Source: an uncultured Candidatus Saccharibacteria bacterium (lineage in GTDB: Bacteria; Patescibacteriota; Minisyncoccia; Phycocordibacterales; UBA1550). From it: 64,000 nucleotides of DNA. A program made the translations under genes and the position numbers. Under the pieces are notes generated by a model. The model saw nothing but the letters and a program-made list of their open reading frames with translations. It was not told the origin of the DNA and did no database searches. The DNA lies in contig CAYWES010000002.1 of assembly GCA_964457625.1 (NCBI GenBank), positions 30,239-94,238 of the forward strand. The letters are read 5' to 3'. Every line of letters begins with the position of its first letter. Position 1 is the stretch's first letter. Of this stretch, positions 1-8,764 are shown one piece after another.

Positions 1-543
1 ACCGTCGCGCGCGGAGACCTCATCACCGGACAGGGAGCAAGCGCGACGTGGACACGCCTGCCAAAAGGCACGGCAAACCAAGTCCTCAGTATGGATGCGA
101 CGGCGACAGATGTGGTATGGGCAAATCCGCCGGGATATGCTCTTGATGTACAGGCGCACAACTCAGGTCAACCGCTAGATTCATCAAGGTATTTTGGACA
201 GCTTCCGAAGGTACTACAAAGTACCGCGAATATAAGCAAGGTATATATTCCCAAATCGGGGACGATTAAACGAGCCGTTATCTATTCGTACGCAACAGGC
301 ACCGTAGGAACAGCCCAAGATTGGTCGATGTACATTCGTCTTTATGATAAGACAACAGAGACACTTATTCAAGAGACACTTATTCAGACCGTAGGACTTG
401 ACACCGCAGAACGTATTTGGCAAAACGATGCTCTTAATATAGCCGTCAATGCCGGAGATTATTTTGAAATCAGATCATTTCGCGCTGCCTCAGGTACGGC
501 ATCTAACAATATTATTTTTAGCGGTTATGTGTGGATAGAATAA
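1..543 (+). CDS. Hypothetical protein, 5'-truncated by the window edge
   Basis: The frame is open from nt 1 with no upstream stop, so the gene continues left of the window. No recognisable family. Contains an in-frame 15-bp tandem duplication (ETLIQ x2). Confidence 0.4.
   Translation, partial: TVARGDLITGQGASATWTRLPKGTANQVLSMDATATDVVWANPPGYALDVQAHNSGQPLDSSRYFGQLPKVLQSTANISKVYIPKSGTIKRAVIYSYATGTVGTAQDWSMYIRLYDKTTETLIQETLIQTVGLDTAERIWQNDALNIAVNAGDYFEIRSFRAASGTASNNIIFSGYVWIE
358..387 (+). repeat. Perfect in-frame 15-bp tandem duplication (GAGACACTTATTCAA/G x2)
   Basis: gagacacttattcaa gagacacttattcag, encoding ETLIQ-ETLIQ. Confidence 0.9.
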
Positions 544-554
544 TACTATCTCCT

Positions 555-1634
555 ATGAAATATTTTTTCCCTACCCTTATCATTACCATCTCTTTGTACG
601 GCGCCACTGTTGTCTATGGCGGTATGGATGGCTTTGCTCCTCTGGAGCGATATGAACGTGGAGCACTAAATGTTCAAGATGGATGGTCGCCTATCGGCAA
701 CCCCCTCCTGGTGACTGATGAAGCCTCTGTTTCTGAGGGGGACGTTATCACCGCATATCCTGATGTGGGCGGCTGGACATATAAAGCAATTTCTCCTGAG
801 CTCTACGAAGCCGGGGTTCTCTCTGTGTCACTCCGTATTGAGGGGAACATGTTGGCGGAAGATCTCCCTATCTTTAATTTGTTTAAGGAAAACACACAAG
901 AGTCGTTCGGTATCGTGAGTTTCCGTAATATTCCTGACTATGAAACAGCGCTCACGATATCAGCAAGCATAGGATACCCAGCGGAAACGTTGGGTCCGGT
1001 AACGCAAGGCACCTGGCATACCGTGAAGATTGAATGGAAACGAGATGACTACATGCTCCGCGCATCCCTCGATGATGGCGCCTGGACGGAGTGGTTTTCT
1101 GCATCGATGGGATGGGGCGAGGACGACATCCTGACTGTCGCACTGAGCTTGCCCGACAGCGATACCTATGGAAATTTTTATATTAAGGATATCATCGTTG
1201 CCGTACCACCTTCTGAAATTATCGAAGAAGATCCATCGTCTATCGTACTCGAGACACTTTCCTCTGAAGACAGCGAGGAACAGGTATCCGGAGAATCCGC
1301 AGTGATTGAAACCCCTCCACGGAGGATCAATCGCTTTCTCCAGCGGATTATTAATCGTGAGCGACGCACGGTCACGGAAGAATCTATAGAACCTGTTCCA
1401 GGAGAACCATCTGAGCCTCTCTCCGAGGAATCTTCTGAGATACGGATTTTCTCAGAAGAAGGGGAGAGTGTTTCTGATCCTCTCGAAGAGTACGATGAAG
1501 AAATTGTCCACGAGGACGAGGATATCCTTGACGAAGATGAAAAAGAGGTCGAATCGGTCGAAGACGTCGTCCCTGTCATTTCAGACCCTCTACTAGAGGA
1601 GGAGACCGACGCGCTCGTTACCGTGGAATTTTAA
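555..1634 (+). CDS. Secreted or membrane-anchored protein with a beta-rich domain and a long acidic (E/D/S-rich) low-complexity C-terminal tail
   Basis: N-terminal hydrophobic signal/anchor (MKYFFPTLIITISLYGA). The C-terminal ~140 aa are extremely acidic. The track ORF 531 shares this frame; the ATG at 555 is preferred as the start. Confidence 0.5.
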   Translation: MKYFFPTLIITISLYGATVVYGGMDGFAPLERYERGALNVQDGWSPIGNPLLVTDEASVSEGDVITAYPDVGGWTYKAISPELYEAGVLSVSLRIEGNMLAEDLPIFNLFKENTQESFGIVSFRNIPDYETALTISASIGYPAETLGPVTQGTWHTVKIEWKRDDYMLRASLDDGAWTEWFSASMGWGEDDILTVALSLPDSDTYGNFYIKDIIVAVPPSEIIEEDPSSIVLETLSSEDSEEQVSGESAVIETPPRRINRFLQRIINRERRTVTEESIEPVPGEPSEPLSEESSEIRIFSEEGESVSDPLEEYDEEIVHEDEDILDEDEKEVESVEDVVPVISDPLLEEETDALVTVEF

Positions 1635-1637
1635 TCT

Positions 1638-2627
1638 ATGAATTATAGGTACACTTTTTCAATACGAATCGTAGGACTCATCCTCGTTGGGGGAGGACTT
1701 CTCTCCGCGCACGAACTCCTCGCCGGGACACTCTCCTGTACGGTCGCCACGTCATGCCCCTCAGGTACGGTGATGTACCGCATGGCAGATACCGACAACG
1801 CGCACGGAGAGCTCCCCGGTGAATCAAGCTACCCATACCTCGTATGTTGTACCGGGGTCGCGGGTATGGGGAATAGTTGCTCGGGTACGCATGAGACGCT
1901 CCTCAAGCTTTCGAGTCCGACAAACGCCCACGGAGAACTCTCTACGGAAAGTAATTATAGCGAAAACGCGTGCATCTCTGTCCCCGCGGGGGGAAGCGTG
2001 ACGGTAGGATATCAGACAACAAACTGCAACGGCTACGACACGACCGTAGGCTCACTCAATGATACGACCAACGCGCACCTTGGCGACGCGAACGCCTATG
2101 CCATGAAGATTTGCGCGACTGCATACACGCCTCCAGATCATACGCTTACGTTTAGTATTTCCGATAATACGATCGGCTTCGGTACCCTTTCATCAGTAGT
2201 AGCACGCTACGCGACAGGGGATACCCTCGGCGCTTCGTCTGATTCCGCTCCCGCGCACACCATATCAGTCGCAACCAACGCCGACGAAGGATACGCGCTC
2301 ATGATGACGGGGACGACACTCATCTGCGCGGAATGCGGCGACGGCACCATCGCACCGATAGGGGGTACGCCCACCGCTTCCACACCGGGGACTGATCAAT
2401 TCGGCATGCGCGTGACGGTCGCTTCGGGGACGGGGACAGTGAGCGCGCCATACCATACCGCGTCATGGGCATTTGATACAGCGGCGTTTCCTGATATGGT
2501 CGCGACAGGGGCGGGGGATAGCATCACCACCGTATACGAAGCGCGCTATATCGCCAATATTTCCGCGGCGCGCGAACATGGAACATACACGAGTGTCCTC
2601 ACGTATGTCGTAACACCGACGTTTTAA
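1638..2627 (+). CDS. Secreted surface protein, paralog A: Cys-containing NAHGEL repeats followed by the shared C-terminal domain
   Basis: Signal peptide. Three repeats containing NAHGEL/NAHLGD. The C-terminal ~150 aa (LTFSISDNTIGFGTLSSV...YVVTPTF) is paralogous to the C-terminus of ORF 2734-3801. Confidence 0.55.
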   Translation: MNYRYTFSIRIVGLILVGGGLLSAHELLAGTLSCTVATSCPSGTVMYRMADTDNAHGELPGESSYPYLVCCTGVAGMGNSCSGTHETLLKLSSPTNAHGELSTESNYSENACISVPAGGSVTVGYQTTNCNGYDTTVGSLNDTTNAHLGDANAYAMKICATAYTPPDHTLTFSISDNTIGFGTLSSVVARYATGDTLGASSDSAPAHTISVATNADEGYALMMTGTTLICAECGDGTIAPIGGTPTASTPGTDQFGMRVTVASGTGTVSAPYHTASWAFDTAAFPDMVATGAGDSITTVYEARYIANISAAREHGTYTSVLTYVVTPTF

Positions 2628-2733
2628 TACTCCGCATGTGGACAATACGCTTGTCTTTTGTGAGGAGAGTATTATAATAAAAAGATAGGTATCAAGTGCG
2701 CATTTATTTGAATAGTTAATTATTTATACCAAT

Positions 2734-3801
2734 ATGTTACAAAAAGTTCTTTCGAGTATGCGATTTGTGGGCAAAGCCACCGTTCTCGGTGTCTTTAGTA
2801 TCGTTTCGCTTGCTATGCCGTTTAGTTTTGTGAGCGCGGCATCCCTTACCAATCTTTCCAACACGATGTCGTCTGCAAAGATAAGCACCGCATCAAGTCA
2901 TGAGATTAGGTTTACGACACCGACTGGTGCATCGGATGATACCGACACCATCGTGATCACTTTTCCCGCGGACTTTGATTTCACCGGCAAGGACATTGCA
3001 AGCGTTACATTTACCCACGGTCCAGCAACAGGACTTGAAAACACCGAGGTTCTCGCGGCAGCACCATCAGCAACCGAATGGGGCGCGGTATTCTCAGGTA
3101 CTGAGGATCGCGTTCTTACACTCACCGCTCCTACGGACGGCGTCGGGGCGGCATCGCTTGACGCGAACCACAGAGTGATCATCAGCTATGATGACACCGA
3201 TTCTCTCAACCCTTCAACCCCAGGGTCATATCAAATAACCATCAACGGTACGTTTGGTGATGTAGGGTTCATTACCGTAAACATTTTGAGTGATGACCAA
3301 GTTTCTGTGAGCGCAACGGTGGATCAATCCCTCACCTTTAGCATCTCTGACAACACCATCGGCTTTGGCACCCTTTCCTCAGTAGCAGCACGCTATGCGA
3401 CAGGGGATACTACGGGCAGTGCATCAGAAGTGGAGGCGCACAACATTATCGTGGGTACCAACGCTTCAAACGGATACACCATGACACTCGCGGGTGAGAC
3501 CCTCACCTCGGGTCTCGACACCATTGACGCAATCGGTGCAGCCAACACCGCGTCTGCCACAGGGACCGAACAGTTTGGTCTCCGCATGACCGCAACGGAT
3601 GGTATAGGAGCTGTTTCCGCTCCCTATGCTGCCGCAGGATTCGCGTTTGATACCGCCTCCTTTCCTGACGAAGTAGCTTCCTCTGTCGGCGCGAGCGCAG
3701 ACACGACCTACTCCGTACGTTATCTTGCAAACATTGAATCAAACACAGAAGCAGGTGCCTACACCGCGGCTCTTACCTACGTAGCGACCGCAAACTTCTA
3801 A
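2734..3801 (+). CDS. Secreted surface protein, paralog B, carrying the shared C-terminal domain
   Basis: Signal peptide ending VSAAS. The C-terminal domain (LTFSISDNTIGFGTLSSVAARYATGDT...YVATANF) aligns with paralog A; most differences fall at synonymous positions. Confidence 0.55.
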   Translation: MLQKVLSSMRFVGKATVLGVFSIVSLAMPFSFVSAASLTNLSNTMSSAKISTASSHEIRFTTPTGASDDTDTIVITFPADFDFTGKDIASVTFTHGPATGLENTEVLAAAPSATEWGAVFSGTEDRVLTLTAPTDGVGAASLDANHRVIISYDDTDSLNPSTPGSYQITINGTFGDVGFITVNILSDDQVSVSATVDQSLTFSISDNTIGFGTLSSVAARYATGDTTGSASEVEAHNIIVGTNASNGYTMTLAGETLTSGLDTIDAIGAANTASATGTEQFGLRMTATDGIGAVSAPYAAAGFAFDTASFPDEVASSVGASADTTYSVRYLANIESNTEAGAYTAALTYVATANF

Positions 3802-3834
3802 GGTTGATTATTCATTTCGTTTCTTCTTACTCTC

Positions 3835-4815
3835 ATGAACTCTCTTCTCAAGACCTCTCTCTGGGCGATCGCTCTCTTTCTCGGGGGAGGCTTGGGTTCT
3901 GTATCGGCACTCACCATCTCTCCGGCAAAAATAGAAATCACGGGAGATCCGGGAACCACGCTTCATGGAGAGATAAAACTCTACAACGAGCAGACGGGAG
4001 CACGCACCTTCTTTGCTTCGTATGAAAACTTTGAGCCGATCGGAGAAGCGGGAACGCCGTATTTCGTGGGCGGAACAGAGGGTCTCGCGACGTGGATTGA
4101 TACGGAACGAAGTATCACCATCGCTTCGGGAGAAACACAGACAATTCCCTTCACCATCACCATTCCCACGGACGCAACTCCGGGAGGGCACTTCGGTGCA
4201 ATCTTTTGGGGAACTCAGAATCCTGAAAACAGAGGCGGGGGAGAGGTCTCTGTGGGTGCGAAACTCGGCGCACTTGTTCTCTTGAGAGTTTCGGGCGCTA
4301 TTGAGGAAAACGCGGGAATCTTGGACTTTGAAACAAAAGACAAGCAACGCTTTTTCAGTAGCCTTCCTGTGGCGTTTACCTACCGTGTAAACAATGCCGG
4401 CGGTGACCGTATCGTTCCTCGCGGAGACATACAGATCAAAAACTCTGTACGCTTTACCACGAGCAATCTTACTGCAAACAAAACCGAAGGAAACGTCCTT
4501 CCGGGAAGCGCGCGCAGGTTTGAAACCGTATGGGAATCCAAAGGAGAACACACTGAAGGAGGATTTTGGAATGGAGTGGTGCGAGAAGTACGAGATTTCC
4601 GTTTGGGCTGGTATACCGCTACCCTCGATCTTTCTTGGGGCGGAGCTCCGAATCAACGAGATACCTCTACGTACCACTTCTTCATTTTCCCATGGCATTT
4701 ACTCACGATAGTATTCTTGGGCGGTGGAGTACTCCTCTTCCTTGGAGGAAGGGGTCTCAAGAGCTATAACAAGCGCATTATTGGACGCGCACTCGCGCAA
4801 CAACAGAAACAATAG
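3835..4815 (+). CDS. Cell-surface protein with N-terminal signal peptide, beta-rich ectodomain and a C-terminal transmembrane anchor plus basic tail
   Basis: Signal peptide. The ISPAKIEITGDPG...EIKLYNE chaperone/Ig-like pattern. The C-terminal hydrophobic helix (LLTIVFLGGGVLLFLGG) is followed by KSYNKRIIGR. Confidence 0.55.
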   Translation: MNSLLKTSLWAIALFLGGGLGSVSALTISPAKIEITGDPGTTLHGEIKLYNEQTGARTFFASYENFEPIGEAGTPYFVGGTEGLATWIDTERSITIASGETQTIPFTITIPTDATPGGHFGAIFWGTQNPENRGGGEVSVGAKLGALVLLRVSGAIEENAGILDFETKDKQRFFSSLPVAFTYRVNNAGGDRIVPRGDIQIKNSVRFTTSNLTANKTEGNVLPGSARRFETVWESKGEHTEGGFWNGVVREVRDFRLGWYTATLDLSWGGAPNQRDTSTYHFFIFPWHLLTIVFLGGGVLLFLGGRGLKSYNKRIIGRALAQQQKQ

Positions 4816-4816
4816 T

Positions 4817-5863
4817 GTGGCACGCTTTTTGGCAAAGCTTGTTTTGTCGTTCCTGTGTTTCTTTATTTTTCCGATTGCCACGTCCGCGATGACAATCACG
4901 GTCTCTGCGCTTGTCCCCGGATGTGGAGATGGGATTAAAGGAGTGGGGGAGCAGTGTGATGGTACGGACTTTGGTGGTGCGTCATGCTCAACATATGGCT
5001 TTTCAGGGGGAACGATCTCGTGCAGTAGTGCGTGTACGGTGGTCACCAATGCATGTACGGCTCCTCCCGGTGGCGGAGGTGGAGGCGGTGGGGGCGGAGG
5101 AGGAGGTGGTGTAGTGTTTATCCCCTCAAGCAATGTCGTTACCACGGGCCTTGCCTTCCCGGGGGCGATTGTGAAGCTTCTCAAGGATGGTCAGCTCATG
5201 GCTACTACGGTCGCGGGGAGTGACGCGGGCTTCTCGCTCACCATCAGTAATGTCTCTACGGGTACGTATAATTTCTCGGTTGTCGCGGAAGACACGACCG
5301 GTCTCCATACGCCCATCTTCACCTTTCCGCTTTCTATCGTCTCGTCGACGACTACAAAGGTTGACGACCTCTTTCTTGCGCCCACCATCTTTCTTGATAA
5401 AACTCAAGTAAAGTACGGTGACGCGCTTATTGTGTCGGGAAAGACCGTACCCCATGCCGTAGTAACCATACAAATACAATCGCCCGCGGTCTCTACGCTG
5501 ACGATATCGTCAAATGCTCTGGGCGTATACGCGCACTCTCTCAATACGAGTCCGTTTGGACTCGGGCAACACAGTGTCGTCGTGAGCGCGACAAAAGACG
5601 AGCTCACGAGTAAGCCGTCCAGCACCAAAACATTTCTCATCGGTACGGAAAACGTGTTTGCGGATGTTCCGCAGGTCTCCTTTCTCAAAGGAGACCTCAA
5701 CAATGATGGACGGGTGAATCTCACGGACTTTTCTATTGCGGCATTTTGGTATCGAAAGCCTCTTACCGAAGCGTTTAAGGTCGTTGAATTTGAGCGCCTC
5801 AACGGTGATGGTGCCATCACGCTCGTAGACTTCAGTATTATGGCGTTTTATTGGACGGGGTAG
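4817..5863 (+). CDS. Secreted protein with a Cys-rich repeat, a poly-Gly linker, Ig-like domains and a C-terminal type-I dockerin
   Basis: GTG start immediately after the upstream stop, followed by a signal peptide (cleavage at ATSA|MT). The CGDGxxxxxEQCDG motif resembles myxococcal Cys-rich repeats. G14 linker. The C-terminus GDLNNDGRVNLTDFSI...LNGDGAITLVDFSI has a duplicated DxNxDGxVNxxD calcium-binding pattern. Confidence 0.6.
   Translation: MARFLAKLVLSFLCFFIFPIATSAMTITVSALVPGCGDGIKGVGEQCDGTDFGGASCSTYGFSGGTISCSSACTVVTNACTAPPGGGGGGGGGGGGGGVVFIPSSNVVTTGLAFPGAIVKLLKDGQLMATTVAGSDAGFSLTISNVSTGTYNFSVVAEDTTGLHTPIFTFPLSIVSSTTTKVDDLFLAPTIFLDKTQVKYGDALIVSGKTVPHAVVTIQIQSPAVSTLTISSNALGVYAHSLNTSPFGLGQHSVVVSATKDELTSKPSSTKTFLIGTENVFADVPQVSFLKGDLNNDGRVNLTDFSIAAFWYRKPLTEAFKVVEFERLNGDGAITLVDFSIMAFYWTG
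5684..5860 (+). repeat. Dockerin-coding segment, copy 1 of a dispersed direct repeat
   Basis: 177 bp aligning without gaps to 8573-8749. The 3' ~75 bp differ at a single position. Confidence 0.85.
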
Positions 5864-5884
5864 TCGTCGCGGAGTCGCGGGAGG

Positions 5885-8755
5885 ATGAACTTGTGGTATA
5901 ATATCTTCGTGAACACGATGAAAAGAAGTTTTTTGTTAATCAAACTATTCTCAATCGGATTTGTCTTTTCCCTTGCGTGGGCATTTTTTGTGTCCCCCAA
6001 CCTCTTTGCCGCGGGGGAGAGCTATACGGTGTGTCCCGTTGGTTGTGATTTTCTTACCTTAACGGACGCGCTTCTTGAGCCCGGAATCGGGGATGATACG
6101 ATTATCCTTACGGAAGACTATGTGTTTGTTGATCTTGATGAACAAGATAGCCTCAGTATCCCCGACGGTATTGCTATTGTGTGTGCTCCCGGGGCGGGGA
6201 AGCTGGGAGGAGCGACGGATACCGTGCTCATGTTTTTTGGTGGAGAGAATACTTCGTTTGAAGGATGCACGTTTGAAAATGTACAATTTGATATTTCGGG
6301 GAAATCGGGTTTCTCGTTTACGCATAATACATTTTCCCCTGACGCGCTGAGTGTCATGATACTCACCCACGCGACGGATGTGACTATTACGGACAATATT
6401 GATATTCAAAAAATCCAAATTCAGACCGCGGATGATGTGCTCATTGAAAATAATTCCTTCGCGTGTCGCTTTGAAAGTACCTGCCTTAATGCCGTCACTG
6501 CCGGGGCACCTGATCTTTCTGATGATGCGGACATCAGCAACAATCTCATCATTAGAAACAACACTATTGTTAATCACAAAAAAGACAATGGTGGTGATTG
6601 GGTGCATTTTTGGGGAGGACGAGATATTGAATTTACCGGCAATACGGTGTATTCAGCGGTGACGCTTGATGAGAATATCTATCTGACGGTCGTTACGGTG
6701 ACCGGCGCGCAGATTGAATTTCGCGACAATTTCATTATTACGCCGGAGAAAGACGGCGCGCAAACGAGCGCGACGTGGGCGTTCAATCTTCGTGTCCAGG
6801 AGTACGCCATTGATGTTCTCTTTGATCACAATACCATCCTCCATCGCAATACAATGTCGGGGGCTGATGGGAATGCGTGTTTCGGACTCTATGATCAAGG
6901 GGGCAACCCAAATCTCTCCGTTACGATAACCGCCACATACAATCTTTGTCACCAGGTGGGAACAACTCAGCGGGGGAGGGGTATTTATTTTTCTTACGAC
7001 ATAGGGAGCGTTAATCCTTCGTTGAATGATTCTTGGAATGGATTTTCAAATATTGCTACTCCAATTAGTGATGATGAGGGTATTATCACGACACTTGATG
7101 GAACTACGGTACTGCGCAACGCACTCTTGCGTCTCGAGGACCCGGACCCAAGCAACCACGGTATTCCAAACCCCGTAAGTACGTATCTTGATGTTAACGG
7201 CACCAATGATATTGGGGCGTGGAGTGGTGCTCGCGTTACAACGATTCTCGTAGACGATGGATGCGTTGTTGATTACACTACCTGCCATGGCAATGGGACA
7301 GATTTTCTTCGTCATGCTTTGCGTGATGGAGATACGGCATACCTTGCCGATGGTATATATAGCCCTGTGGTGATACAAGGGTTTGATAATATCTCTCTTG
7401 TTGGGTCTTCGGGTACGATTATTGATGCTTTGGGTGGCGGGTTTGGTTTGGTCCTTGAGAATATTTCCAATAGCTCGTTTCAAGGTATTCGCGTTGAGCA
7501 AGCATCCAGCACATCAACCACGCATACGATTACCATGCCGGGGCTCTCTATGGGAGGGACTGATTACACTGCGTTTCCCGGGTTTATTCTTTTGGGTAAC
7601 GACTGCAATGTGGACAATCTCCTCCTCCCCTCAACGCCGACTGATATATCAGGAGTCACGGGGGTTGGTACCGAGGATTTTGTACTTATGCTTATACACT
7701 TACCTCCGGGGATAGTTGACCCTGACAATGATGCCTATATCACCGCACTTGTGCGAACGAGCCTCATATCGGTCCCGGGGGATTTGACGACACTCTGCGG
7801 TATGCCAGAAAGCTTCATTGATGTATTCCTGAATCCAGGCTTTTCTCTGTCGGACGGAGTATATAATTTTAATGCTACTGATTTTACTGACGAAGGAATC
7901 ACAACAGTCGGTGGCGCTCCACTTCCTTCAATAACAACAGTCACACTCGACGGTATCGGACTCATTCTTGATAATGTAAGCAATACCACCTTTACGGATT
8001 TTGTTTCTACTGACAGTCGCAAGGGGGTAATCGTCCAAGGGGGAAGTGATGGGAATACATTTATTGATAGTGACCTCACGGGAAATACCACTGCTGATAT
8101 TCATAGTATAAGTACGGGGGATACCATATTGCATCAGACGCTTTTTACGCTCGCGAACACGCTCATTGATGATTCCGGAATCATTATTGTCTCTCAAGAC
8201 ATGCAAGTCCACGTCGAAGATTCACAGGGAGCTCCGCTTTCGGGAGCGCAGGTTACGTTTACTGACAAATCTTCCAACGTGACGGGGCCGCTCACGACCG
8301 ATGGAGCCGGGGATATTCCCATCACTTCCATTCCGCTCTACTTTTTGAATCAAGCAAACCCCACGAATCCTCTCGCTAACACCAACAATCCATATCAGGT
8401 GAGTGTGACGAAGGCTGGATATACTCCAAAGACCACGGGAGTCACCATTACCTCGGGAGTTCAGCTTCTCACGGTCGTTCTCGCTACGCAACCTTCTTCG
8501 GGTGGTACGACAACAGGGGGTGGCGGAGGGGTTTTCATTCCGGCACCGGTTGTTCCCGAACCTACGAGCTTCCTCAAAGGAGACCTCAATAATGACGGAC
8601 TTGTAAATCTCATAGACTTCTCCATCGCGGCGTTTTGGTATCGAAAATCTCTCAGTGACGCATTCAAAGTCGTGGAACTTGAACGTCTCAACGGTGATGG
8701 TGCCATCACGCTCGTAGACTTCAGTATCATGGCGTTTTATTGGACAAAGTCATAA
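5885..8755 (+). CDS. Large secreted parallel beta-helix protein with a CarboxypepD_reg-like domain and a C-terminal type-I dockerin
   Basis: N-terminal signal/anchor. Many NxS/T and IxxN repeats typical of right-handed beta-helix (PbH1) proteins. A VHVEDSQGAPLSGAQVTF...TKAGYTPK domain. Gly linker, then a dockerin nearly identical to that of 4817-5863. Confidence 0.65.
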   Translation: MNLWYNIFVNTMKRSFLLIKLFSIGFVFSLAWAFFVSPNLFAAGESYTVCPVGCDFLTLTDALLEPGIGDDTIILTEDYVFVDLDEQDSLSIPDGIAIVCAPGAGKLGGATDTVLMFFGGENTSFEGCTFENVQFDISGKSGFSFTHNTFSPDALSVMILTHATDVTITDNIDIQKIQIQTADDVLIENNSFACRFESTCLNAVTAGAPDLSDDADISNNLIIRNNTIVNHKKDNGGDWVHFWGGRDIEFTGNTVYSAVTLDENIYLTVVTVTGAQIEFRDNFIITPEKDGAQTSATWAFNLRVQEYAIDVLFDHNTILHRNTMSGADGNACFGLYDQGGNPNLSVTITATYNLCHQVGTTQRGRGIYFSYDIGSVNPSLNDSWNGFSNIATPISDDEGIITTLDGTTVLRNALLRLEDPDPSNHGIPNPVSTYLDVNGTNDIGAWSGARVTTILVDDGCVVDYTTCHGNGTDFLRHALRDGDTAYLADGIYSPVVIQGFDNISLVGSSGTIIDALGGGFGLVLENISNSSFQGIRVEQASSTSTTHTITMPGLSMGGTDYTAFPGFILLGNDCNVDNLLLPSTPTDISGVTGVGTEDFVLMLIHLPPGIVDPDNDAYITALVRTSLISVPGDLTTLCGMPESFIDVFLNPGFSLSDGVYNFNATDFTDEGITTVGGAPLPSITTVTLDGIGLILDNVSNTTFTDFVSTDSRKGVIVQGGSDGNTFIDSDLTGNTTADIHSISTGDTILHQTLFTLANTLIDDSGIIIVSQDMQVHVEDSQGAPLSGAQVTFTDKSSNVTGPLTTDGAGDIPITSIPLYFLNQANPTNPLANTNNPYQVSVTKAGYTPKTTGVTITSGVQLLTVVLATQPSSGGTTTGGGGGVFIPAPVVPEPTSFLKGDLNNDGLVNLIDFSIAAFWYRKSLSDAFKVVELERLNGDGAITLVDFSIMAFYWTKS
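8573..8749 (+). repeat. Dockerin-coding segment, copy 2 of a dispersed direct repeat
   Basis: See copy 1. About 83% identity overall, with a mosaic distribution of differences. Confidence 0.85.
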
Positions 8756-8764
8756 TGTACAACC

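Noticed and set aside
1178-1579. 133-aa Ser/Thr-rich ORF on the minus strand
   Set aside because: It is the mirror image of the acidic E/D/S low-complexity tail of the plus-strand gene 555-1634 and has no independent signals.
1638-3801. Possibility that the shared C-terminal domain is a WxL cell-wall-binding domain
   Set aside because: No conserved W-x-L motifs. One paralog has a single W, in WAF, and the other has none in the domain. Only the locus organisation is reminiscent of WxL loci.
3808-4698. 296-aa minus-strand ORF fully overlapping 3835-4815
   Set aside because: The plus-strand ORF has a signal peptide, a C-terminal TM anchor and continuous operon context. The minus-strand product is K/R-rich with no features.
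4699-5184. 161-aa minus-strand ORF with a poly-Pro run
   Set aside because: Antisense artefact of the poly-Gly-coding GGN stretch in the dockerin protein gene. It also overlaps two plus-strand genes that have signal peptides.
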